A stretch of DNA of 64,000 nt from Bdellovibrionales bacterium (GCA_965205945.1 CBDBIB010000003.1:192001-256000); one strand, 5' to 3'; positions 1-11,688 are shown, counted from the first letter of the stretch. Numbers and translations: made by a program. The notes: a model not told the origin generated them from the letters alone.

Positions 1-638
1 CAGGACTTATAGTTTCTCAGGAATTTACATCGTTATATGAACTTTATAAAAATAATCAAGATGAAATAGATTTAGTAATAATAGATACTCCGCCTTTACA
101 AAATGTAGGTTTGTTTTTAAATGGAGCAAGTGAGCTGGAGTTATTTTTCTCTTTTTCCTTGGCTCAGTTTTTTATTTCTAAAGAAAATTTAAATTTTTTT
201 CAGAAATTTTTCTTTAAAGTAAAGAAAAAAGCTTTAATGACACTGTCAAGTTTAACAGGAGAAAGTTTTGTTAATGAACTTGTTCAATTTTTTATTGCTA
301 TTGAAAAACTAAGACCTCGACTTTTAGAAGTACTTAGGTTTTCTAAGGAAATCTTAAATACAAAGACAGAAATAATATACGTATGCGGTTATAACGAGCT
401 TTCACTTTCTGGTCTGCGGGTTTCTCTTCAAGATCTTAAGAAACAGGGGTTAAGCATTGATAAGTGTTTTGTGAATAAATATGATAAGAAAATTAAATAT
501 GAAAATTTTGTTAAAATGAAAATGAAGCAAGTAAAAGAGGAAAATAAGGAGCTTAACTTTCATATGATTGAAAAATTTTCTTTTGAACTTTTAAATTATA
601 AAGATTTAAGGGAAGCCGGAGACTATGTTAAAATCTAG
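1..638 (+). CDS. ArsA/GET3-family ATPase, C-terminal part (5' end outside window)
   Basis: Frame is open from base 3: GLIVSQEFTSLYELY...DLVIIDTPPLQN. DTPP switch motif and downstream 'FVNK' strand are typical of the ArsA family. Confidence 0.65.
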   Translation, partial: GLIVSQEFTSLYELYKNNQDEIDLVIIDTPPLQNVGLFLNGASELELFFSFSLAQFFISKENLNFFQKFFFKVKKKALMTLSSLTGESFVNELVQFFIAIEKLRPRLLEVLRFSKEILNTKTEIIYVCGYNELSLSGLRVSLQDLKKQGLSIDKCFVNKYDKKIKYENFVKMKMKQVKEENKELNFHMIEKFSFELLNYKDLREAGDYVKI

Positions 639-1398
639 ACAAGCTATACTTTTAAAAAAACCACAAACTTTTATAAGAGGTATGATGATACTGGTTTTAG
701 GATTTAGGCATGCTCTTTTAAATAAAAATTTATTAGTGTTGGCACTTATACCTGTTTTAGTAGCGGCTATAGGTTTATTTTTTGGGTTTAAGCCTTTATT
801 TAGAATTTATTTATCCGAAAGTGCTGGGATTTTTCTTGATAAGGAGATTTTTGATTTTTGGGGAGGAGCTATATTTTTATGGATAGGCAAATTTATACTT
901 AAAATTTTTATAGTTTTTTTAACTTTTCTAACTTTTTATATTCTTTTACAGGTTATTTATATTCCAATTTGTTCTTTATTAGCTGAAAAAGTGTTATTAA
1001 GAAAAGGCATTATTAGGTGTCAATCCATTAAAGAAGCATTAGGTTTTAATTTAAGAATGTTTAAAATGAGTTTAATAAAATCTGGAGTTCTAATTTTTGC
1101 TGGATTTTTTTTCTTTATAGGTTCATTTGTTCCAGGTTTAGGTTTTGTATCAGTTTATTTTACCTTAATAGTCTTAGCCTATGACAGTTTTGATTATGGT
1201 TTAGAGCTCTACGGTTTAAACCTTAAAGATCGAATACTATTTATAAAAAAAAATTTTATGCTCATTAATGGACATGTAGGAGCCTTGCTTTTATTTAGTT
1301 TTATTCCAGGTTTAATATTACTAATATTTCCATTCTCAGTAATAGGTGCTAGTTTATTTATAGGAGAATTTAATGGATTTAAAAAAAAAATTACATAA
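625..1398 (+). CDS. EI24/CysZ-like membrane protein
   Basis: Multiple TM segments; 'P...LLAEKV' and 'LAYDSFDY' motifs typical of EI24/CysZ. Confidence 0.7.
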   Translation: MLKSRQAILLKKPQTFIRGMMILVLGFRHALLNKNLLVLALIPVLVAAIGLFFGFKPLFRIYLSESAGIFLDKEIFDFWGGAIFLWIGKFILKIFIVFLTFLTFYILLQVIYIPICSLLAEKVLLRKGIIRCQSIKEALGFNLRMFKMSLIKSGVLIFAGFFFFIGSFVPGLGFVSVYFTLIVLAYDSFDYGLELYGLNLKDRILFIKKNFMLINGHVGALLLFSFIPGLILLIFPFSVIGASLFIGEFNGFKKKIT

Positions 1399-2590
1399 TA
1401 TCTTTTTAAATAAAGAAATTAAAATTCAAGAGTGGTTTTTAAGAAAAATAGAGTCTAAAGACTTCCCTTTTTATTGTAGCTTTGATATTCGTGAATCTAA
1501 TAATAAATTAGCACCGGTAGATGCAAATTTATTTCCCGCAGGGTTTAATAATATTTGTCAAGATGATCGTAGTACAATGGGTGATTTATTAAAAAAATGT
1601 ACAGAATTTAAAAAATTAAATTTTAAGAATGTAGCTATTTTTTGTGAAGAACATACAAGCAATCTATATTATTGGGATAATGTGGGAGCTTTAATCACTC
1701 TTTTTAAAAGAGAAGGAATTACTCCTTTTGTGGTGCTGCCTAGTTTAAACTTAAAAATTAAAACTATTGAATCTGCATCGGGGATGCAAATTAAGATAAA
1801 TAAAGTGGAGATTAAAGAAGGAGGAGTCCTTTTCGTAGATGGGGTTAAAATAGATTTTCTTGTAAGCAACAATGATTTTTCTACAGCATTTGATTCTTGG
1901 ATTAAAGATGTAAAAATACCGCAAGTTCCTCCGCTTAAAATGGGTTGGCATAAAAGAAGAAAGCATACTTTTTTTAAAATTTATAATGAATTGGTAGAGG
2001 ATTTTTCAAAAATTATAGGGCTAAATTCCTTTCATTTAAGAGTTGAAACTTATAACTATGATAAATTTGATATAGAAAACAAAGAGTCTTTAGTAAAGCT
2101 TTCAGATGAGATTGTAGGCTTTAAGGATAAACTTAATAAAAAATATAGAGAGCATAATGTTAAAGAAGAACCGTACTTTTTTATAAAAAATTCTTTTGGA
2201 ACTTATGGTATAGGTGTTATTGAAGTGAAATCTCCTAAAGATATTTTAAATTGGAATTATAAAGCTAGAAAAAAAATGAAAGCCACAAAAGGTGGTGGAC
2301 GCTTTAATTCAGTGATTATTCAAGAAGGTATACCGACAACACTAAAAATAAATGAGGAGTCAGCAGAAGCAGTGATTTATTTACTTGGTTGTGGACTGGC
2401 TGGTGGGTTTTTAAGAACCCATGGGAGAAAAGGGGGGAGAGACAGTTTAAATACTCCAGGTGCTGTGTTTCAAAGAATGTGTTTTTCTGATTACGAATTT
2501 CAAAAAGAAAGCAAAATGCTTGAAAATGTTTATGGCACCGTTGCAAGGCTTGGTGCTTTAGCTTTGAGTATGGAGATTGAGCAAGGTTAA
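1373..2590 (+). CDS. gshA: glutamate--cysteine ligase
   Basis: FYCSFDIRES..KLAPVDANLFPAGFNN, GTYGIGV, GGFLRTH..KG..DSLN.PG motifs of the GshA (TIGR02049-type) family. Confidence 0.9.
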   Translation: MDLKKKLHNIFLNKEIKIQEWFLRKIESKDFPFYCSFDIRESNNKLAPVDANLFPAGFNNICQDDRSTMGDLLKKCTEFKKLNFKNVAIFCEEHTSNLYYWDNVGALITLFKREGITPFVVLPSLNLKIKTIESASGMQIKINKVEIKEGGVLFVDGVKIDFLVSNNDFSTAFDSWIKDVKIPQVPPLKMGWHKRRKHTFFKIYNELVEDFSKIIGLNSFHLRVETYNYDKFDIENKESLVKLSDEIVGFKDKLNKKYREHNVKEEPYFFIKNSFGTYGIGVIEVKSPKDILNWNYKARKKMKATKGGGRFNSVIIQEGIPTTLKINEESAEAVIYLLGCGLAGGFLRTHGRKGGRDSLNTPGAVFQRMCFSDYEFQKESKMLENVYGTVARLGALALSMEIEQG

Positions 2591-2991
2591 ATAGTTATAA
2601 AAATAAAGGTTTTTTTCCCATTAATACTAAGGTGTGTCCTTAAAAGTTACCCCTAAAGTCAAGGTGTTGCTATTATCACTTAAGTTAAGCCTATTATTTT
2701 CATGCTATTACGGACTTTAAAATAACCAACACTACTTACTAAGTTAGCAGCGCAAATGCTGGCTGAATTACTTTAAATACAATTACTAGTTATTGGGTGA
2801 AAAAATTAAATGGTTCGAGCATAAGTAGTTGTTTTTAAATCAATTTAAACTAATCCTAATTAAGGCTTTTAAGCTTGAGATTAAAAATCTTTCTTAGGCT
2901 AATGGACAGCTTCTTTTCTTTTAAAGAATACACCGCTAAAAATTTGAAAAATAAGGTTACAAATAATGATCCAGCCTTATTAAGGATACGC

Positions 2992-3024
2992 CTAGTATTA
3001 AGCTTTGCTTAATACTAGTTTTTT
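2992..3024 (+). terminator. rho-independent terminator-like hairpin
   Basis: Perfect 12-bp stem CTAGTATTAAGC-ttt-GCTTAATACTAG followed by T6. Confidence 0.5.
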
Positions 3025-3069
3025 AGAGTATTTTTAGTAGTGTTAGAGACTTTATGAGATAATTTTTTT

Positions 3070-3648
3070 ATGAAACGACTTAGATATTTTTTTATATTGA
3101 TTTTTTTATTAGGAGGAGCTTTTTATTTAGAAACTAAATTTAATATACCATTATATGGTTTCTTTTTTTCAAAAATTGATAGCCGAAATCCTGCAAGTCC
3201 TCAAACTCAGTTACAAAAAGCTTTTTTTATTGCAGGTTTAAAAAATGAAAAGAATGTTGCTTCTTTAGTTACTGGTGCTCAGAATGTATCTTTATGCAGT
3301 GCTGTAGAGAATATTTATAAATACACAGCTTTACTAAGAGTTGAGGGGGTTAGTGTAAGTGGGGAGCCTGTTATGCTATTATTTAGTGGAGACTGTGCTC
3401 GAGATGAATTGGTTGTTTTTGATAAATCTCTTTGTAGTATGGAACCAGAGCAACTAAGAGCAGGCAGTACTTTGTTAAGTGGGTATTTTATTCAAGCAAC
3501 AAATTTATTGATGCCCCTAGATGGATTAGCTTTTTTTCTATCTAATTTAGAAGTTACATATCGTAATGGAGCTTGGGAAAGAGTTTCTTGGCCTCATGAG
3601 GAGTCAAAAATATCTTTTTTCTGTCCGAACTTTAAGCAAAAGCTTTAA
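3070..3648 (+). CDS. hypothetical exported/membrane-anchored protein
   Basis: 192-aa ORF with hydrophobic N-terminus and 'RNPAS' motif; no family recognised. Confidence 0.6.
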   Translation: MKRLRYFFILIFLLGGAFYLETKFNIPLYGFFFSKIDSRNPASPQTQLQKAFFIAGLKNEKNVASLVTGAQNVSLCSAVENIYKYTALLRVEGVSVSGEPVMLLFSGDCARDELVVFDKSLCSMEPEQLRAGSTLLSGYFIQATNLLMPLDGLAFFLSNLEVTYRNGAWERVSWPHEESKISFFCPNFKQKL

Positions 3649-5098
3649 TAAACTCATAAAATGTTCTAACTAAAACACCTGTTGCACCTTTTGGATCATT
3701 ATATGCAATTCTATTTCCACTACCCCATGCGGTTCCTGCAATATCTAAATGTAGAAAGGGAATGTTTTTATCACAGAAGTGTTCTAAGAAAGCTGCAGCA
3801 GTGGCAGACCCAGCGCCTTTGTTTAAAGATATATTGGAAAGATCAGCAAAATGTCCCCTCATGTCATTAGTATGATGATCATTAAGAGGCATTCTCCATA
3901 AACTCTCACCTGAAGCATCGGCAGCAGTATAGATATTGTTTGCTAGCTCATTATTTCGTGTGAAAAAACCTGTATGAATATTTCCTAAAGCTACAACCAT
4001 TGAACCAGTCAGAGTTGCTGTGTTTAAGATTTGTTTTGGTTTTAGTGTATTTGCATAAGAAAGGGCATCTGCAAGGATGAGTCTTCCTTCAGCATCGGTA
4101 TTTAAAACTTCAACTGTTTTTTTATTCATTGCAGTTAAGATATCTCCAGGCTTACATGCTGCAGCGCCTAAAAGATTTTCTGTAGAAGGAACAAGGCCGA
4201 TTACATGAACAGGTAAATTCATTTCACAGATTAACTTCATTGTACCAATAACAGCTGCTCCGCCACACATATCATAGCGCATTTCATCCATTTTAGATGA
4301 GGGTTTAATGGAAATTCCACCGGCATCAAAAGTAAGCCCCTTTCCAACTAGTACAGTTGGCTGATTTTTTGGTGCTTTTGCATGTTTGTGTTCCATGATG
4401 ATAAAACGTGGCTCTTCAGCACTTCCTGCGTTTACACCTAAGAGACAACCCATACTTTCTTTTTTAATTTTTCTCTTATCCCAAATAGTAACCTTAAGGC
4501 CAGATTTTTTTAAAGCATTAGCCTTGTTTGCTAAGATGGTTGGAGTCATCATATTTCCTGGAAGGTCACCAAGCATTCTTGCAAAATGAACAGCATTAAC
4601 TGTTAGAGTAGCTTCTTTTAAAGAGGTTTTAAGAGCCTGAATCTCTTTTGTTGATGCACTTTTATGATAAATTTCAAAAGAAATTTTCTTAGATTTTTTA
4701 GGATTACTTTTTCCTTCTTCCATGGAGTAATCTGCTAAAAGAGCACCTTGAATAAAACCTGTTAAAAACTTAGAGGCGTTGTTTTTAAAAAGATTTTTAA
4801 AGTCAGCAAAAGAAACAGCAAAGTTTAAGGCCTTAGATTTTTTAGCTTTTTTTATGAACTTTCCGCCAAGATTTCGTAGTGATTCAACATTCTGATCATG
4901 TATTTTTATATTCATTAAAACAACATGAGTATTTTTAAGTTTAGACTGAGAAATAAGCAAAAGAGATTCATTTTGTTCTAATTTGGGACATTTTCCTAGT
5001 TTTTTTTCAAGAGTAGATTTTTTTTTACCATCAGACAAAAGGGCCATGCATATTTTTTCACCACCTTTAAAATCTACATTTTTATACATAATACTCAT
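3632..5098 (-). CDS. pepA: leucyl aminopeptidase (M17)
   Basis: VGKGLTFDAGG, MRYDMCG, NTDAEGRL, HLDIAG motifs. Confidence 0.95.
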   Translation of the reverse strand: MSIMYKNVDFKGGEKICMALLSDGKKKSTLEKKLGKCPKLEQNESLLLISQSKLKNTHVVLMNIKIHDQNVESLRNLGGKFIKKAKKSKALNFAVSFADFKNLFKNNASKFLTGFIQGALLADYSMEEGKSNPKKSKKISFEIYHKSASTKEIQALKTSLKEATLTVNAVHFARMLGDLPGNMMTPTILANKANALKKSGLKVTIWDKRKIKKESMGCLLGVNAGSAEEPRFIIMEHKHAKAPKNQPTVLVGKGLTFDAGGISIKPSSKMDEMRYDMCGGAAVIGTMKLICEMNLPVHVIGLVPSTENLLGAAACKPGDILTAMNKKTVEVLNTDAEGRLILADALSYANTLKPKQILNTATLTGSMVVALGNIHTGFFTRNNELANNIYTAADASGESLWRMPLNDHHTNDMRGHFADLSNISLNKGAGSATAAAFLEHFCDKNIPFLHLDIAGTAWGSGNRIAYNDPKGATGVLVRTFYEFIKAFA

Positions 5099-5325
5099 TA
5101 TAAGCTCCCTTTTATATTATTATTTTAAATAAACTGTTTCAATATGAGAAAAAAAGGACTGACTATGCCTTTTTAATATCGAGTAACATACTTGTTTAGA
5201 AAAAAACAACTATTATAAAGTCAAATTTTCTAATTTTTTTGTCGATAGTTATTTGACGGCAAATTTAAATGTAAATAGGCAGGTTTTTATAGAATTTAAT
5301 AAAACCTATAGTAAAGGTGGTGTGT

Positions 5326-5943
5326 ATGGCTCTGATTCCAATGGTAATTGAACAAACTCCTAAGGGAGAAAGAAGTTATGACATCTACTCACGCTTGTTA
5401 AAAGATAGAATTATAATGTTAGGTAGTCCTGTATCAGATGATTCGGCAAACAGTATAATAGCACAAATGTTTTTTCTAGAGATGGAGAATCCGGAAAAAG
5501 ATATTCATATTTATATTAATTCTCCTGGAGGGAGTGTAACTGCAGGGCTTGCGATTTATGATATTATGCAATTTGTAAGGTGTGATGTTAGAACATATTG
5601 TATGGGTCAAGCCGCTAGTATGGGATCATTACTTTTAGCGGCAGGGACTGCTGGAAAAAGGTGTATTCTTCCACATTCAAGAGTTATGGTGCATCAGCCT
5701 TTAATTGGAGGTAATGGTATTTCTGGTCAGGCTAGCGATATTGCTATTCATGCTAAAGAGATGCTTTATATTAAGAAAAAATTAACAAAAATTTATGTAG
5801 AGCATACGGGTAAGTCATATGAAGAACTGGAAAAAAATATGGATAGGGATAATTTTATGAGTGCTGAGCAAGCTAAAATTTTTGGGCTTGTGGATCATGT
5901 GGTTAAAACTCGTAAGAAAATTGATAAAAAACAACCAATATAA
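5326..5943 (+). CDS. clpP: ATP-dependent Clp protease proteolytic subunit
   Basis: [30 protein letters not shown]; likely start at ATG 5326. Confidence 0.97.
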   Translation: MALIPMVIEQTPKGERSYDIYSRLLKDRIIMLGSPVSDDSANSIIAQMFFLEMENPEKDIHIYINSPGGSVTAGLAIYDIMQFVRCDVRTYCMGQAASMGSLLLAAGTAGKRCILPHSRVMVHQPLIGGNGISGQASDIAIHAKEMLYIKKKLTKIYVEHTGKSYEELEKNMDRDNFMSAEQAKIFGLVDHVVKTRKKIDKKQPI

Positions 5944-5989
5944 ATTATAATGAGTTTTTGAATTCACAATTTTTTAGAGGAAGTAGTAA

Positions 5990-7306
5990 ATGAGTAAAAA
6001 TGAAAAAATAGGATCATTAAACTGTAGTTTTTGTGGTAAGACTCAAAAAGAGGTTAAAAAATTAATTGCAGGCCCCGGGGTTTATATTTGCGATGAGTGT
6101 ATTGGATTGTGCATGGATATCATTACAGAAGAACAGGCAAAAACAATTAAGGGGACTGAGCAACTTAAGGTTCCTAAACCTCAAGAAATTATGGATAGGC
6201 TTAATGAATATATAATTGATCAAGTACAAGCAAAAAAAGCTTTATCTGTTGCGGTTCACAATCATTATAAGCGAATCAATTCAACTATAGATGTGGGCGA
6301 TGTTGAAATTTCAAAGAGTAATATTTTACTTGTTGGGCCTACAGGTTCGGGTAAAACACTTTTGGCTCAAACAATTGCAAAGGTTTTAAATGTTCCTTTT
6401 GCAATGGCGGATGCAACTTCTTTAACAGAAGCCGGTTATGTTGGTGAAGATGTTGAGAATATTATTTTAAATCTTTTAAGCTCAGCCGACTATAATGTAG
6501 AGAGAGCTCAAAAAGGTATAATTTATATTGATGAAATTGATAAAATAACTAGAAAATCTGAAAACCCGTCTATTACTAGAGATGTTAGTGGCGAGGGTGT
6601 TCAACAAGCTTTACTTAAAATTTTAGAGGGCACTATTGCAAGTCTTCCTCCTAAAGGTGGTAGAAAACACCCTCAAGAGGAGTTTATTCAGGTAGATACA
6701 ACAAATATCTTATTTATTGTTGGCGGAGCATTTGTTGGTTTGGATAAAATTATTGAAAATAGACAAACAAGCAAGTCTTTAGGTATTGCTGCAGAAATTA
6801 AAACAGCTGAAGAAAAGTGGGAGGCAGGGGATTTATCTCTTAAAAAACTTGAACCAAGAGATTTGGCTCAATATGGGTTAATCCCAGAATTTATTGGAAG
6901 ACTTCCAGTTATTGCGACTTTAGACCCGCTAGATGAAAAAACTTTAATCAGTATTCTAACTGAACCTAAAAACGCTCTTTCTAAGCAGTATAAGAAATTG
7001 TTTGAATATGAGGATATTGACTTAACTTTTACAGATGATGCACTTAGAGCCATTGCTAAAGAGGCGATTATGCGTAATACAGGGGCTAGAGGTCTAAGAG
7101 GTGTTATAGAATCAGCCATGTTAGATATTATGTACGAAACTCCTTCCAACTCGAACATAAAAGCTGTTATAATAGATGAAGGAGTTATTACAAAAGGGGA
7201 GGCTCCAAAGTTAGCGTATAGATCTTCAAATCTGGAAACTAGTAAAGGTTTAAGAAAGAAATACGTAAAAGATTCGGATAATGTTGATTCCGTAGAAAGT
7301 GCATAA
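5990..7306 (+). CDS. clpX: Clp protease ATP-binding subunit ClpX
   Basis: CSFC...ICDEC zinc-binding domain, [28 protein letters not shown]. Confidence 0.98.
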   Translation: MSKNEKIGSLNCSFCGKTQKEVKKLIAGPGVYICDECIGLCMDIITEEQAKTIKGTEQLKVPKPQEIMDRLNEYIIDQVQAKKALSVAVHNHYKRINSTIDVGDVEISKSNILLVGPTGSGKTLLAQTIAKVLNVPFAMADATSLTEAGYVGEDVENIILNLLSSADYNVERAQKGIIYIDEIDKITRKSENPSITRDVSGEGVQQALLKILEGTIASLPPKGGRKHPQEEFIQVDTTNILFIVGGAFVGLDKIIENRQTSKSLGIAAEIKTAEEKWEAGDLSLKKLEPRDLAQYGLIPEFIGRLPVIATLDPLDEKTLISILTEPKNALSKQYKKLFEYEDIDLTFTDDALRAIAKEAIMRNTGARGLRGVIESAMLDIMYETPSNSNIKAVIIDEGVITKGEAPKLAYRSSNLETSKGLRKKYVKDSDNVDSVESA

Positions 7307-7372
7307 AATAAAATCACTGTAAAAACCTCCTCTTTTTAAGATTACTGAGTGATCTAATAAGGGGAAAGGTAT

Positions 7373-9820
7373 ATGTCAAAAAATAATAAAACACTATTAA
7401 AGCAGGTAACGCTTCCATTATTACCGTTAAGAGATTTAATAATTTTTCCACATATGATGATGCCTTTATTTGTTGGAAGAGACAGAAGTATTAGAGCTTT
7501 AGAAGAAGCCATGACTAATCAAACTGATATCATTTTGATTGCTCAAAGAGATGCTAAAACAAATAGTCCTGAACCTAAGGATATTTATAGCATAGGAACG
7601 TTAGGAGCTATTATTCAGCTTTTAAGATTACCTGATGGAACAGTAAAGGTTCTTGTTGAGGGAAAAGGGCGTGTTAGAATAGATGAATATTCTGAGCAAG
7701 AAAAATTCTACATTGTAAAGGCTATTGTTTTAGAAGAAATTGAAATTGCTCCATTAGAGACTCAAGCGCTTGTAAGATCTGTTAAAACAACTTTTGAAAA
7801 CTATGTAAAATTAAATAAAAGGATTCCTCCTGAAATTTTAATGCGAGTTTCTTCAATAGAAGACGCATCTGAGCTTGCGGATATTGTTGTTGCTCAATTG
7901 AATTTAAAGATTGAAGACAAGCAAAAACTTTTAGAGGTGATTGATCCAGGTTCAAGGCTTGAAGAACTTTTAAATATAATGACTGGCGAGATTGAGATTC
8001 TTGAAGTTGAAAAAAGAATTCGTTCTAGAGTTAAGAAACAAATGGAGCAATCACAAAAAGAATACTATTTAAACGAACAAATGCAGGCTATTCAAAAAGA
8101 ACTTGGTGATAAGGATGATTTTCAAACTGAGCTTGATGAATTAGTAAAGCAGGCGGCTTTAAAAAAGATGAGTGAGGAGGCTAGAAAAAAGTTAGAAAAA
8201 GAGCTTAAAAAACTTCGTATAATGTCTCCTATGAGTGCAGAAGCCGCTGTGATTAGAAACTATATTGATTGGTTGATTGCGCTTCCTTGGGGTTTTTATA
8301 ATAATGAAACTTTAGACCTTATAAAAGCTCAAAAAATTTTAGATGAAGACCACTGGGGGTTAGACAAAGTAAAAGAAAGAATTATTGAACACTTAGCGGT
8401 TCAAACTTTAGCAAAAGATAACACGGGGCCAATTATTTGTTTAGTAGGACCTCCAGGAGTGGGTAAGACTTCTTTAGGAAGATCCGTTGCAAGGGCCTTA
8501 AACAGAGAGTTTAATCGGATTTCTTTAGGTGGTGTAAGAGATGAGGCTGAAATTAGAGGACATAGAAGAACTTATGTTGGAGCTCTTCCAGGAAGAATTA
8601 TTCAAACGTTAAGAAAAGGTAAAACAAACAATCCTTTAATTTTATTAGATGAAATTGATAAAATGAGTAACGACTTTAGAGGGGACCCGTCAGCAGCCAT
8701 GCTTGAGGTATTAGACCCTAATCAGAATAGTACTTTTGCAGATCATTTTTTAGAAGTCGATTATGACTTATCAAAAGTATTATTTTTTACTACTGCAAAC
8801 TCCCTTCATTCTGTTCCTAACGCGTTATTAGATAGGATGGAGATTATTCAGTTAGAGGGTTATATTCCAAGAGAAAAGTTAGAGATTGCAAAAGCTTATT
8901 TAGTTCCAAAACAAATTAAATCTCATGGCTTAATTGATCATGGTATTGAATTTACGGATGCAGCATTAATGTCAATTATTGAAGAGTATACACGTGAAGC
9001 AGGTGTAAGAACTTTAGAAAGAACAATTGCAAAGGTTTGTAGAAAAACTGCTAGAAAGATTGTTGAAGCAGAGTTAAGTCTTAAGAAGAAAACTCAAAGT
9101 AAAAAATCTTATAAAATTGGGACTAAAAAAGTTGTAGCTTTGTTAGGTCCTTCAAAAATAAGGCATGGGAAAATCGAGAAAATTCATGAAATTGGTTTAA
9201 CTAATGGGATGGCGTGGACGCAAGTTGGTGGAGATTTATTAGTCGTTGAAGCCTCTCTTATTCCTGGGCGAGGAAAGTTTACAATTACAGGCCAGCTTGG
9301 GGATGTGATGAAAGAATCATGTGTAGCCGCTCTTTCTTATGTGCGCTCTCGTGGTCTGTTATTTGGTTTTGATAAAGAGTATTATGCAAGTCATGATGTT
9401 CATATTCATGTTCCTGAAGGATCTATTCCTAAGGATGGTCCATCTGCAGGAATAGCAATTACTACAAGTATTGTTTCAGCAATGATGAAAATTCCAGTGA
9501 CAAGAACAGTTGCTATGACTGGAGAGGTGACTCTTCGTGGACGAGTGCTTCCAATTGGTGGATTAAAATCAAAAATTATTGCAGCGTATCGAGGTGGAAT
9601 TAAAAAAATAATTATTCCAAAAGGAAATGAGACTGATTTAGAAGATATTCCAAAAGAAGTACTTGGAGATATAATAGTTATTTTAGTAGATCATGTTGAT
9701 CAAGTTCTTGTAAATGCACTTGAGGTTAAAGATGCTAAGGAGATTTTTAGGAATAGAGCTGAACCAGGGACGGGTATAAAGGCCCAGTACTCAGGGCATT
9801 CAAGACAAATAGCCCATTAA
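7373..9820 (+). CDS. lon: Lon protease
   Basis: LPLRD N-domain, [25 protein letters not shown] catalytic Ser. Confidence 0.98.
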   Translation: MSKNNKTLLKQVTLPLLPLRDLIIFPHMMMPLFVGRDRSIRALEEAMTNQTDIILIAQRDAKTNSPEPKDIYSIGTLGAIIQLLRLPDGTVKVLVEGKGRVRIDEYSEQEKFYIVKAIVLEEIEIAPLETQALVRSVKTTFENYVKLNKRIPPEILMRVSSIEDASELADIVVAQLNLKIEDKQKLLEVIDPGSRLEELLNIMTGEIEILEVEKRIRSRVKKQMEQSQKEYYLNEQMQAIQKELGDKDDFQTELDELVKQAALKKMSEEARKKLEKELKKLRIMSPMSAEAAVIRNYIDWLIALPWGFYNNETLDLIKAQKILDEDHWGLDKVKERIIEHLAVQTLAKDNTGPIICLVGPPGVGKTSLGRSVARALNREFNRISLGGVRDEAEIRGHRRTYVGALPGRIIQTLRKGKTNNPLILLDEIDKMSNDFRGDPSAAMLEVLDPNQNSTFADHFLEVDYDLSKVLFFTTANSLHSVPNALLDRMEIIQLEGYIPREKLEIAKAYLVPKQIKSHGLIDHGIEFTDAALMSIIEEYTREAGVRTLERTIAKVCRKTARKIVEAELSLKKKTQSKKSYKIGTKKVVALLGPSKIRHGKIEKIHEIGLTNGMAWTQVGGDLLVVEASLIPGRGKFTITGQLGDVMKESCVAALSYVRSRGLLFGFDKEYYASHDVHIHVPEGSIPKDGPSAGIAITTSIVSAMMKIPVTRTVAMTGEVTLRGRVLPIGGLKSKIIAAYRGGIKKIIIPKGNETDLEDIPKEVLGDIIVILVDHVDQVLVNALEVKDAKEIFRNRAEPGTGIKAQYSGHSRQIAH

Positions 9821-9982
9821 AAGTATGTTTAAATCAAATACTAAGTGGAATAAAGCTTTAGATTGTATTTTTTTAAAAAAGAGCTTGTAAGTTAGGAGCA
9901 AAATTATTTTTGCTTGACCGTAGTTTTAAAATCTGACAGAAGGTGAAAAGTAGAAAGCTTCTATTATACATATGGGGGACGG

Positions 9983-11095
9983 GTGATCACAGAGACACAT
10001 ACGTTTGACAGTTTATTAGATTTAGGAACATTGTATTTTGAAAAAGGAGAGTTTTCAAATTCTATTGCATATTTATTAGAGGCTAAAGAGAGGGCTTTAG
10101 CCAATAAAAAAGCAAGAAGATATTTTAACATTTTATATATGTTATTAAGAATTCGTCTTGAAATGGGTATGATGAAAGAAGTAGAAAGCATTAAAAATGA
10201 TCTTCAACAATTTGTTATTGAAGAAGATATTGAGATGTCTTCAAGATTATATTACACACTAGGTATATGTGCATATTTAGAGAAAAAAAGTGAAAGTGCT
10301 CTAACATTCTTTAATCAAGCGTTTAACGTGGCTCTTTCAGAAAGTAATAAAGAGGATATGTGTTATGCTCTTTGTGGGAAAGCTATTTGGTTTCAACAGC
10401 AAAAAGATTATAAAAAAGTATTTTCAATTATTGAGAACCTTAGATTGTTTTTTGAAAGCGTGAGTGTTCCTGAGGTTGAGGCCTCAATAGGAATATGTGA
10501 GGCTCAGATATTCTCAGAACTTGGAAAATATGATGATGCGGTAAAAAGTTTATGGAGGGCATTTAATGTTGCAAAAAAATCTAAATCTGTACAGTTTATG
10601 AATGCCTACATTTTTGTTCAATTTGGGAGAACACATCTTAAAATGAACAAGCTTGATATGGCTGAAAACTATTTTGATCTAGCCGAGGGCTTAATCAATC
10701 CGTTTGAACATGTAAGAACTAAGTCTATTTTAACGGATTCTCGCAAAGAGTTTGAAGCAAAAAAGACTCTTCATCCTGATATTAAAATTGATCTAAAAGA
10801 AAATATTATTGAAGAAGCCTCTAAAGGTAAGCTTGAATTAAATAACAAATTTATTCTTTTAGAGCTTTTAGTAGAGCTTGTTAAAAGGAAGGGTGATATT
10901 CTTACAAAATCGGATTTGGCTGAAATGTTATGGAATCAGGACTACGACCCTTCGCAACATGATAATAAAATTTATGTAACTATTAGAAGACTTAGAAAGC
11001 TTTTAGAACCTAATCCAAAGAAACCTTATTATATTTTAAGAACAAAATGTGGATATCAGTTAAATCCGGCAACAATTGTACAAATGCCTTCTTAG
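9983..11095 (+). CDS. TPR-repeat protein with C-terminal OmpR-type winged HTH (one-component regulator)
   Basis: Several TPR-like helical repeats, then LLELL...GDILTKSDLAEMLW...IYVTIRRLRKLLEP...ILRTKCGY (Trans_reg_C pattern). Confidence 0.8.
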   Translation: MITETHTFDSLLDLGTLYFEKGEFSNSIAYLLEAKERALANKKARRYFNILYMLLRIRLEMGMMKEVESIKNDLQQFVIEEDIEMSSRLYYTLGICAYLEKKSESALTFFNQAFNVALSESNKEDMCYALCGKAIWFQQQKDYKKVFSIIENLRLFFESVSVPEVEASIGICEAQIFSELGKYDDAVKSLWRAFNVAKKSKSVQFMNAYIFVQFGRTHLKMNKLDMAENYFDLAEGLINPFEHVRTKSILTDSRKEFEAKKTLHPDIKIDLKENIIEEASKGKLELNNKFILLELLVELVKRKGDILTKSDLAEMLWNQDYDPSQHDNKIYVTIRRLRKLLEPNPKKPYYILRTKCGYQLNPATIVQMPS

Positions 11096-11105
11096 GGGAA
11101 ATATT

Positions 11106-11573
11106 ATGAAATATTTTATACTACCGTTAGTACTACTATTTTCAACATTGACATATTCAATTATAGAACATGATTTTAAAAATATTGATTTTGCGCCATT
11201 TCCTTTAAATACAGAAAGGATCTCTTTATTTGAAGGAGTTTGGCAAGGAAAGATAATTGATATTCATGTAAAAAATTCTGGCCATGTTTTTAATAGAAAA
11301 CCTATTTTAAGGGTTAAGGTTATAAACCATTATTTTAAAGATATAATAAAAGAGGGGCTGATGTATTATAGTAGCAGTCTTAATCAATATAAGCTATATC
11401 TGTTTACTGCAGAGAGAAGCTTTCCAATTGAGTTGGGTGTTTTTGTGTTCTCAAGTTCTTATGCAAGTGAGTTTAATTTAAAGTGTAAATCTGGTGGAAC
11501 TTTATTAAAAATTGAGTTTAAAATAGACGGTGTTTTGGAAAAATTTTTCGCTATAAAAGAAAATTGTTTTTAA
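11106..11573 (+). CDS. hypothetical exported protein
   Basis: ATG 11106 after GGGGA; signal-peptide-like MKYFILPLVLLFSTLTYS. Confidence 0.6.
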   Translation: MKYFILPLVLLFSTLTYSIIEHDFKNIDFAPFPLNTERISLFEGVWQGKIIDIHVKNSGHVFNRKPILRVKVINHYFKDIIKEGLMYYSSSLNQYKLYLFTAERSFPIELGVFVFSSSYASEFNLKCKSGGTLLKIEFKIDGVLEKFFAIKENCF

Positions 11574-11688
11574 AAATCTTTTTAAAAGGTAGGGACTGCC
11601 TGAGTAAGGAGAAGAGAGATTTTTTTTAATTGTTTGTTTCTCCCATGGTAAAAAGATATAAATAGTTTAGAATACAAGTTTTTATTGT

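Noticed and set aside
1381..1390. A10 run at the gshA start as a phase-variation tract
   Set aside because: Both overlapping frames are intact, and A runs are common in this AT-rich DNA.
2745..2770. c-di-GMP riboswitch suggested by a GCAAA-containing hairpin
   Set aside because: The other conserved elements of the c-di-GMP-I motif are missing.
6868..7317. 149-aa antisense ORF and the many other short ORFs overlapping known genes (e.g. 14419-14958, 32233-32649, 51095-51421)
   Set aside because: Shadow frames of well-supported genes, with no independent motifs.
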